DNA of 6,372 nt from assembly GCF_000143415.4 (NCBI RefSeq), contig NW_003314751.1, forward strand, positions 1 through 6,372. Direction: 5' to 3'. The notes under the pieces are model-generated. The model saw nothing but the letters and a program-made list of their open reading frames with translations. It was not told the DNA's origin and did not search any database. Positions 1 through 6,372 of this stretch are shown here, in pieces. Source of the stretch: Selaginella moellendorffii. Taxonomy: Eukaryota > Plantae > Lycopodiophyta. The position numbers and the translations under genes were made by a program. Position 1 is the stretch's first letter. The number at the start of each line of letters is the position of its first letter.

Positions 1-637
1 GAGGAGGTGGAGGTATGGATACAAGTTGTCATCCTGGAAGTCGGCCGTATCCTTGAGGAACTTGGAGATAGAACTGGCCGCCAGTCGGCTGGAACTCGTA
101 GTTGTAGACTCCGCGGCCGCCAACAACGATAATTCGTCCGTCGGGGAGGATCTGGTTGCTCGCGTACCACCTTGAGGATTGCAAGTTGGTGCTCGACTCC
201 ATCCAGTTGCACCAGGAACCGCTGGAGCAGGGAGTGAAGTAGCGGATGATGCTACCACCGTCGGCACTCCCCCCGGTTTGCATGAGAGTTCCATTGGGAA
301 GGAACTGGCCGGAGCTACACCAGGTGTCCGAGTATATGAAAACGGGGCGTACCGTGTTAGAGGATGGATCGTAGATGACCGAGTGAGCGGTGCAGTCGTG
401 AGTGGTCATCATGTCTGCTGGATTATCTCGGCAGTTTCCGACCAGGTTGATTGCCGAAGGCCCAATGTTGGTGCGGTCGAGGAAGATGACGTTACCATAG
501 TGAGTGACGGCGGTGTGCATGGAGGAAATGCCGGCATTCTGGAGAACAATGTTGAATCGGCCCGGCTGCTGAGCGAGTGAGAGGCAGAAGCAGCAGCTCA
601 AGAGCGCCAGGACTGTCCTCGCTCTCCTGTTATTCAT
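1..637 (-). CDS. Secreted glyoxal oxidase / galactose oxidase-like copper-radical oxidase (CAZy AA5, plant GLOX family), 5' part; runs off the window edge; apparent +1 frameshift at ~61-65
   Basis: ATG at 637. Signal-peptide-like N-terminus MNNRRARTVLALLSCCFCLSLA. Plant GLOX motifs GISSMH, DRTNIGPS, DCTAHS, DTWCSSG (cofactor Cys), QTGG, RWYASNQILPDGRIIVVGGR (cofactor Tyr) and YEF. After FYLQ the homologous sequence FLKDTADFQDDNLYPYLHLL (conserved NLYP at 16-27) continues in a shifted frame, so the ORF-track stop at 29-31 is premature. No introns in the visible part. Confidence 0.93.
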
Positions 638-659
638 CTTGGCATCGATAGGAAGCGAT

Positions 660-1820
660 GAGATCTTTTGTTCACTACGATTCCAGCGGCAGCAGCAGCA
701 AGCAGGAATGTAAGTAGTGACTACTTTCTTTTGTCTTTCTTTCGATCTTGTGACTCACAGTTTCTTTTTCGAGCAGGAACCTGAATGTGAACAACTCTTG
801 TGTGCTCCTGCTCCTGCCAAGCGAAGCGAATGGAGAGCTAAAGCCTGCACGGAGTTGAGACTGATAGATTTCGCAATGCTGCAAGGAAGTGGCCACGTCT
901 ATCTGACTATGGAGCTGCTCCTACGAGCCTTTCAATCAAGACCTCACCAAAGCTGTAGACTCGGAAGAGCCGTGCTCTTTACTGAAACGAGGGAAGCGCA
1001 CACATCAACCTCACGGCCACTGCTGCGCCACTGCTACACTCTGCTGCAAGCGTCGGCTTTCCTTTGGCGTTGCTCCAGGAAGAAGAGGCGAGCTAAATGG
1101 ATCCAAAAACACGATCGAGGCACCGAAAGACAGGCCAGTGGTAAGTTTCCTTTCTATGCTTTTCCTTCATGTTTCTTAAATGTCGTCCTGGCTCTGTCTT
1201 TAGAAACAACAGGGAAGCAGCAGCTGGAGCTTTAACTAGTCGATCCGGCTTATTATTGAACGATTAGTTATCAACAAGAAAGTAGAGGTGGTGGACAAAA
1301 AATAAAGATTTTCCCGCTGTTGGTGGTCTGTCGGCATCGAGTGGTATGTTAGCTGGAGTTTGCTAATGACTCTGATTCGTGGACCCTCACATTGTTTCGC
1401 AGTTGTGCTTGGAAGTTTTTATTCAAGGCTTTGGTTGTTGGAAGGAGGAATGAAGCCTTTGTGTTGGTGGTTCGATCAAGTCACAACGCTGCTCTTGGCT
1501 TGAGTTTTCGCACAAATTCTCGCGTCTTGGACATGTGCCACTGCCGTGTGGGTCCTCGTCCTCATTTCGCAGCAAAGCAGCGCATGTTCGTCCCGCAACC
1601 AACACCACGCTTTGACGATGCGCTTTCATCCATTGGCTCGGGTCTCTTAGATCCAACGCGAGAATATGGTGTACTAATGGCAAGCTGTTCTTCTCTTTTC
1701 TTTTCCAATGGCAAGCTATTTTCGTCTCTCTTTCAGTACTCGATCTTTCACTGGAGTAACTTTTTTCCGCGTTTCGCCTCGACATGGAATGATTAAGAAG
1801 ACTTGGTGAGCTCTTCAGTT
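660..1820 (+). ncRNA. Putative spliced plus-strand transcript (lncRNA or decayed gene); boundaries unknown
   Basis: Intron-like units: 710-776 (AT|GTAAGT, T-rich, CTCAC, GAGCAG; alternative acceptor at 760), 1141-1203 (TG|GTAAGT...CTTTAG), 1344-1402 (TG|GTATGT...CTCAC...TTTCGCAG), and a weaker one at 1680 (GC donor; or GT at 1669) to 1736 (TCTCTCTTTCAG). Sizes of 57-68 bp match the introns of the flanking genes. The segment 1204-1343 has stops in all three frames. Confidence 0.45.
892..898 (-). promoter_or_regulatory. ABRE/G-box-like motif ACGTGGC about 255 bp upstream of the GLOX ATG
   Basis: Plus strand GCCACGT at 892-898. A single 7-mer that could occur by chance. Confidence 0.2.
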
Positions 1821-2174
1821 NNNNNNNNNNNNNNNNNNNNNNNNNNNNNNNNNNNNNNNNNNNNNNNNNNNNNNNNNNNNNNNNNNNNNNNNNNNNNNNN
1901 NNNNNNNNNNNNNNNNNNNNNNNNNNNNNNNNNNNNNNNNNNNNNNNNNNNNNNNNNNNNNNNNNNNNNNNNNNNNNNNNNNNNNNNNNNNNNNNNNNNN
2001 NNNNNNNNNNNNNNNNNNNNNNNNNNNNNNNNNNNNNNNNNNNNNNNNNNNNNNNNNNNNNNNNNNNNNNNNNNNNNNNNNNNNNNNNNNNNNNNNNNNN
2101 NNNNNNNNNNNNNNNNNNNNNNNNNNNNNNNNNNNNNNNNNNNNNNNNNNNNNNNNNNNNNNNNNNNNNNNNNN
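1821..2174. other. Assembly gap (354 N)
   Basis: Run of N; expected to hide the polygalacturonase stop codon. Confidence 0.99.
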
Positions 2175-2340
2175 CCGCTCCAGCCGCCTTTCCAGAGCTG
2201 CCCAGGGTCAGCTTGACATTGCTGAAGTGGATGTTCGTGCATGCGCCGCTTGAGCTGCAGTGCAAGTTGATGCCGTCCGGAGATGCCGAAGTGCCCACGA
2301 TATTCGAGTACGTAACTCCCTGGATTGTTAGAGACGACCC
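2175..2340 (-). CDS. Polygalacturonase exon 8 (partial; runs into gap)
   Basis: Branch-site-like GCTAAC, then AACCAG|GSSLTIQGVTYSNIVGTSASPDGINLHCSSSGACTNIHFSNVKLTLGSSGKAAGA. Typical polygalacturonase C-terminal region; the stop is expected inside the gap. Confidence 0.92.
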
Positions 2341-4037
2341 CTGGTTTCACAAAATCATACAAACGTTAGCAAGTGAGAAGAGACGGGGTGTGTCGAATAT
2401 TTGATATCTCACCCGCTTCTTGCCACAGCCGCCATCGCAGTAGTTTTGATCGATAATGATCGGGTTCTTCACGTTGTCCATGCTGATATTTTCAAATATC
2501 ACATTGCTCACGTAACCTTTGCCACCCTACATTCATGCAGTTTCGTCAAAGTGTTTCGATGGTTTTACCAACTTTTACCTGCCATGTCTTGATCCGTACG
2601 CCATTTGTGGCCGCGTCGATCTTGACACCTGAGACTTGAACGTTGGAAACGGTGGCGTAAGACCCGCCCTTGCCAAGGCTTCCGATGCTGATGCCGTGAC
2701 CAGGGCCGCATCGCCCGCCCAAAACCTGGATGTTGGAGCTCCCAGAAACAATCGACACGCAGTCGTCACCTTCAGATATGTGTGCAAAGAAAAGATAGTT
2801 AAAACACTGATATCAGAATCTGATATAGGAAAGTTACCGGCAGAGATGTCTCCGTCTCTAACTACAACATTAGTGCTCCCTGAAACGTGAATACCATCGG
2901 TGTTTGGGCTGCTTTCTGGAGAATTTATCACCACGTTTGTTGCCTGGATGGCCTGAGAGTCCGAAAACGTAATGTGGATTTGGGGACTGTTGGTTATGGT
3001 GATGCCTTCCACCTTGATGTTCTTGCTGTCCTCAAACCTCACAGCCTACAGTAAATCAATCAATCACGCAATCATGCATATAATCTAAACTTTACCGTGG
3101 GAGCATCTGTGCAGCGCTGGTGCAAAAATTCACAATTTACAAGTCAATCTCTTATTTTTTTTGGGAATCTAAGAAATCTTACCTGGCTTTTGTCTTTCTT
3201 ACAGGAATGAGCCCACCAATCTTGGCCGTTGCCGTTGAAAGTTCCGCCAGTCAGTGTGAAGTCCGTCACCTTAGTGAACAGGAGCCAGCTTTTCTCGGAG
3301 GAAAACTTGGACAGCCACGCACTCCTTGGGATGGCATGCAGAGTTCCATCCACCTGAAATATTGATATACATTTTAGGATATGAAACATCATGTGATATG
3401 TGATTAACCTTCATTGTGACGCTGGTACACTCTCCAAACGAGATTGGGCTGAGGTAGTAGCCCGCCGACGTCGATGGAACCAAGATAACGGCATTGTCGC
3501 CGGCTTGGCATGCTGCATTGTAAGCGTCTAGGAAGGCCTGCAAATCGGAAATTATAAATCAAAACATCGTAAGATTGATCACATACCTGGGCATCATCGT
3601 GCTTTCCATCGCCGACAGCTCCATAGCTCTTGACGTCAAACTCTTTGCCAGTGAGCGGTGACGAGCTCCTGGGTGGTGGCGGCGACCGTGGTAGCGTGAC
3701 AGAAGGGGGAGGAGGAGCCTTGGCTGGCGGAGGAGATTTAACCTTTGGAGCCTTCGGAGCCTTTGGAGCTTTCGGAGGCTTTGGAGCATGATGGGGTGGC
3801 AGAGGAGGTTCATCTTCAAACGGAGGAGGAGATCTAACCTTTGGAGCCTTCGGAGCCTTTGGAGCATGATGGGGTGGCGGAGGAGATTCATCTTCAAACA
3901 GAGGAGGAGATCTAACCTTTGGAGCCTTTGGAGCATTGTGTGATGGTGGTGAATGCTTGGGCGACCAATCTCGGTCCCCATCCCTGGGCTTCTTCTTTCC
4001 AGTGTGATCGTGAGATGCTAACGCACTTTGGCCACAG
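2175..4037 (-). CDS. Polygalacturonase (glycoside hydrolase family 28) with an N-terminal proline-rich extensin-like domain; at least 8 exons; start and stop codons hidden in gaps
   Basis: Exons (minus): 4037-3587 (partial), 3537-3409, 3353-3183, 3116-3096, 3045-2838, 2769-2579, 2526-2413, 2340-2175 (partial). All introns are GT-AG (49, 55, 66, 50, 68, 52, 72 bp) and the frame is continuous over ~483 visible codons. Motifs FDVKSYGAVGDGKHDD, GNGQDWW, SPNTDG, GDDC, CGPGHGISIGSLG, GVRIKTWQGG and NPIIIDQNYC are all present. Confidence 0.96.
2413..2526 (-). CDS. Polygalacturonase exon 7 (114 nt)
   Basis: ATGTAG|GGKGYVSNVIFENISMDNVKNPIIIDQNYCDGGCGKKR|GTGAGA. Confidence 0.93.
2579..2769 (-). CDS. 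Polygalacturonase exon 6 (191 nt), contains GDDC, GHG and RIKT
   Basis: CTGAAG|(G)DDCVSIVSGSSNIQVLGGRCGPGHGISIGSLGKGGSYATVSNVQVSGVKIDAATNGVRIKTWQ|GTAAAA. Confidence 0.95.
2838..3045 (-). CDS. Polygalacturonase exon 5 (208 nt), contains SPNTDG
   Basis: CTGTAG|AVRFEDSKNIKVEGITITNSPQIH...SPESSPNTDGIHVSGSTNVVVRDGDISA-G|GTAACT (phase 1). Confidence 0.95.
3096..3116 (-). CDS. Polygalacturonase exon 4, 21-nt micro-exon (RCTDAPT)
   Basis: CACCAG|CGC TGC ACA GAT GCT CCC ACG|GTAAAG. Phase 0 on both sides; matches the xCxxAPT segment of plant polygalacturonases. Confidence 0.9.
3183..3353 (-). CDS. Polygalacturonase exon 3 (171 nt)
   Basis: TTTCAG|VDGTLHA...WLLFTKVTDFTLTGGTFNGNGQDWWAHSCKKDKSQ|GTAAGA. 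Confidence 0.93.
3409..3537 (-). CDS. Polygalacturonase exon 2 (129 nt)
   Basis: TTGCAG|AFLDAYNAACQAGDNAVILVPSTSAGYYLSPISFGECTSVTMK|GTTAAT. Confidence 0.9.
3587..4037 (-). CDS. Polygalacturonase exon 1 (partial): signal-peptide end, Pro-rich domain and start of GH28 domain
   Basis: Frame from 4036: CGQSALA-SHDHTGKKKPRDGDRDWSPKHSPPSHNAPKAPKVRSPPLFEDESPPPPHHAPKAPKAPKVRSPPPFEDEPPLPPHHAPKPPKAPKAPKAPKVKSPPPAKAPPPPSVTLPRSPPPPRSSSPLTGKEFDVKSYGAVGDGKHDDAQ, then donor CAG|GTATGT at 3586. This frame is not in the supplied ORF track. Confidence 0.92.
3725..3952 (-). repeat. Coding tandem repeat: three imperfect units (66, 78 and 84 nt) with nested 9-nt GCTCC(A/G)AAG (Ala-Pro-Lys) subrepeats
   Basis: Unit 1 (3952-3887) SPPSHN(APK)2VRSPPLFEDE; unit 2 (3886-3809) SPPPPHH(APK)3VRSPPPFEDE; unit 3 (3808-3725) PPLPPHH(xPK)5VKSPPP. 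Confidence 0.92.
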
Positions 4038-4975
4038 NNNNNNNNNNNNNNNNNNNNNNNNNNNNNNNNNNNNNNNNNNNNNNNNNNNNNNNNNNNNNNN
4101 NNNNNNNNNNNNNNNNNNNNNNNNNNNNNNNNNNNNNNNNNNNNNNNNNNNNNNNNNNNNNNNNNNNNNNNNNNNNNNNNNNNNNNNNNNNNNNNNNNNN
4201 NNNNNNNNNNNNNNNNNNNNNNNNNNNNNNNNNNNNNNNNNNNNNNNNNNNNNNNNNNNNNNNNNNNNNNNNNNNNNNNNNNNNNNNNNNNNNNNNNNNN
4301 NNNNNNNNNNNNNNNNNNNNNNNNNNNNNNNNNNNNNNNNNNNNNNNNNNNNNNNNNNNNNNNNNNNNNNNNNNNNNNNNNNNNNNNNNNNNNNNNNNNN
4401 NNNNNNNNNNNNNNNNNNNNNNNNNNNNNNNNNNNNNNNNNNNNNNNNNNNNNNNNNNNNNNNNNNNNNNNNNNNNNNNNNNNNNNNNNNNNNNNNNNNN
4501 NNNNNNNNNNNNNNNNNNNNNNNNNNNNNNNNNNNNNNNNNNNNNNNNNNNNNNNNNNNNNNNNNNNNNNNNNNNNNNNNNNNNNNNNNNNNNNNNNNNN
4601 NNNNNNNNNNNNNNNNNNNNNNNNNNNNNNNNNNNNNNNNNNNNNNNNNNNNNNNNNNNNNNNNNNNNNNNNNNNNNNNNNNNNNNNNNNNNNNNNNNNN
4701 NNNNNNNNNNNNNNNNNNNNNNNNNNNNNNNNNNNNNNNNNNNNNNNNNNNNNNNNNNNNNNNNNNNNNNNNNNNNNNNNNNNNNNNNNNNNNNNNNNNN
4801 NNNNNNNNNNNNNNNNNNNNNNNNNNNNNNNNNNNNNNNNNNNNNNNNNNNNNNNNNNNNNNNNNNNNNNNNNNNNNNNNNNNNNNNNNNNNNNNNNNNN
4901 NNNNNNNNNNNNNNNNNNNNNNNNNNNNNNNNNNNNNNNNNNNNNNNNNNNNNNNNNNNNNNNNNNNNNNNNNNN
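4038..4975. other. Assembly gap (938 N)
   Basis: Run of N; expected to hide the polygalacturonase start, the divergent promoter region and the 5' half of HISN2. Confidence 0.99.
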
Positions 4976-4997
4976 CCACTGATAGGTTTTTTTACAG

Positions 4998-5396
4998 ATC
5001 GGAGAGAATGGATTGGCAACTTCTACCTTGTACGATTTGGAAAGAGTTATTCAACAGCGGAAGTCAGAGCCCGATGGGAAAAAGCCGTCGTGGACGAAGC
5101 GGCTTTTGCAGGACCAGAAGCTGCTTTGCTCCAAGATAAGGTGTGCTCTGCTTTCATGCCTCTCGCGCTTGACTAGAAACTTTGGCAGGGAGGAGGCGGG
5201 TGAGCTGTGCAAGACAGTGGAAGAAAACGAAGGCAGGAAAAGGACTGTATCAGAAATGGCCGACGTCTTGTACCATTCGATGGTGCTGCTTGCAGCGCAA
5301 GACGTGAAGATGGCAGAAGTTATGGAAGTTTTGAGAGCGAGATTTTCTCAATCAGGCATTGAGGAGAAGAGCAGCCGAGGCAGGAGTTCAAGTTGA
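4998..5396 (+). CDS. HISN2: Histidine biosynthesis bifunctional protein hisIE (PRA-CH/PRA-PH), last two exons 4998-5140 and 5189-5396, encoding the phosphoribosyl-ATP pyrophosphohydrolase domain
   Basis: TTACAG|IGENGLATSTLYDLERVIQQRKSEPDGKKPSWTKRLLQDQKLLCSKIR, 48-bp intron GTGTGC...TGGCAG (5141-5188), then EEAGELCKTVEENEGRKRTVSEMADVLYHSMVLLAAQDVKMAEVMEVLRARFSQSGIEEKSSRGRSSS*. KPSWTKRL, KIREEAxE, SEMADVLYH and RFSQSGIEEK are characteristic of plant HISN2. The 5' exons lie in the gap. Confidence 0.95.
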   Translation: MGENGLATSTLYDLERVIQQRKSEPDGKKPSWTKRLLQDQKLLCSKIRCALLSCLSRLTRNFGREEAGELCKTVEENEGRKRTVSEMADVLYHSMVLLAAQDVKMAEVMEVLRARFSQSGIEEKSSRGRSSS

Positions 5397-6372
5397 GGGA
5401 TCTTTCAACTCAGGCCATAGATGTTGGAACTTCCAAAATGCAAGACTCTAGCACCAACATGTATTTCATTCTAGAACGTTATGTAGGATTGTGCTTACAG
5501 TCCAGATATGGGACCCTTTACAACATTAGCTAGTTAGGTAGTTTCTGGGAATGGAGGGCACACAGTTATGAAGAAGCAGGGCGTAGAAACATTGTGAATC
5601 GGTGGAATGTGTGGTGCGCAACGTTCAAAGTAAAGTGGACCTCAGGGCTGTCTTGCTATATTTAGCTGTAAAAACTATCGCTCTCGCCATTTGAGTGTTT
5701 TAGAACGCCATATTGTGCAACAAAGGCATCTACAATCTGATTTATCGCTATAATAGCTATTTCCAGTGCGCACGAGCGGTGACCGTGACTTGCAAGAAAT
5801 CTACAGATTTATTATTTTGGTTTTGATTCCTCTTTTATATTAAGATAATCTAGCGGCCAGTTTGATCAGTACTAGGTTACACTATACATTAGTATATTTA
5901 TTATTTGTTTCCAATATCATTTCCAAATTGTATTTAAGTATTTGCAACAGAGAGTGACATATTCTTTTACCTTTTTATTATATCCACCTTCTATTGTTTA
6001 GTTTTCTTATATTAGATTCTCTTTGAATTGGCTGTGATATCTGAATAAACTACTACTATGTACTAAAGTCCCGGAGCAAAGTGAGATGTAACAAAGTTAA
6101 TCAACCACTTCAAGGACGTCTAGCTATATCTTTAGTTTCACAAATTGACACATGACAAAGTGAGAAAAGCTTATGTCTTGCAAACATATGGTGAGCCTTA
6201 GCACCCACTATAGTGGTTCTTACCACCGGAGAGTGGAGGGTTCATCCCAGCGAACTATAGCTGGGCAAAAAGAAAGTAAGAAAAAACAACACGTCTCTTT
6301 TGGGCAAACCATATAATGAAAAAAGAACAAAACAGTGGATATACCGAAGATTACACTCCTTAAAAAAAACGT

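Noticed and set aside
179-580. 133-aa plus-strand ORF
   Set aside because: Antisense shadow of the GC-rich GLOX coding sequence; no recognisable motifs.
675-1235. ORFs 717-1235 (+, 172 aa) and 675-896 (-, 73 aa)
   Set aside because: No recognisable domain. The plus ORF starts at a non-ATG codon inside an intron-like T-rich tract and reads through another, so it is not supportable as a CDS.
1676-1717. Direct repeat AATGGCAAGCT at 1676-1686 and 1707-1717
   Set aside because: An 11-bp local duplication, too short to call a target-site duplication or an element.
1392-1820. ORF 1392-1796 (+) and the minus-strand ORF tail 1423-1820 joined to the polygalacturonase across the gap
   Set aside because: No homology recognised. 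The join across Ns is an artefact; the polygalacturonase domain is nearly complete at 2175 and should stop within the gap.
2807-2826. Overlapping palindromes (CTGATATCAG; ATATCAGAATCTGATAT) in polygalacturonase intron 5
   Set aside because: Short and AT-rich; could be a small local inversion-duplication or footprint, but nothing supports a function.
3725-3952. Repeats with variable intervening sequence, superficially CRISPR-like
   Set aside because: In-frame coding repeats of a plant gene; no unique spacers and no cas genes.
3559-3981. 140-aa ORF with a His run and LQRL repeats
   Set aside because: Wrong-frame reading of polygalacturonase exon 1. The Pro-rich frame is the one that leads into FDVKSYGAVGDG and splices in phase.
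3912-5176. Long ORFs (333-406 aa) spanning the second gap, and similar ones across 1821-2174
   Set aside because: Composed almost entirely of X from N runs.
5421-5460. Inverted repeat ATGTTGG...CCAACAT resembling LTR termini
   Set aside because: Only 40 bp in total, in the HISN2 3' UTR, with no primer-binding site, polypurine tract or target-site duplication.
5534-5665. Trp-rich open frame (FWEWRAH...RWNVWCATFKVKW), vaguely like a retroelement fragment
   Set aside because: Only about 43 codons, no ATG, and no diagnostic motif recognised.

Overview
Eukaryotic land-plant genomic DNA with two assembly gaps (N at 1821-2174 and 4038-4975). The very short GT-AG introns (48-72 bp) and tight gene packing suggest a compact genome such as the lycophyte Selaginella; this is inference only. 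Three partial protein-coding genes are recognisable. (1) The 5' part of a secreted glyoxal/galactose oxidase-like copper-radical oxidase (AA5/GLOX), minus strand from ATG 637, with an apparent 1-bp frameshift near 61-65. (2) A GH28 polygalacturonase on the minus strand with at least 8 exons (4037 to 2175, both ends in gaps), all four catalytic motifs intact, a 21-nt micro-exon and a ~125-aa extensin-like Pro/Lys/His-rich tandem-repeat N-terminal domain. (3) The last two exons of the histidine-biosynthesis gene HISN2 (hisIE, PRA-PH domain), plus strand 4998-5396. The ~1.2-kb 'intergenic' stretch between GLOX and the polygalacturonase carries three strong and one weaker plus-strand intron-like units without a coherent ORF, which suggests an unannotated spliced lncRNA or a decayed gene antisense to both neighbours.
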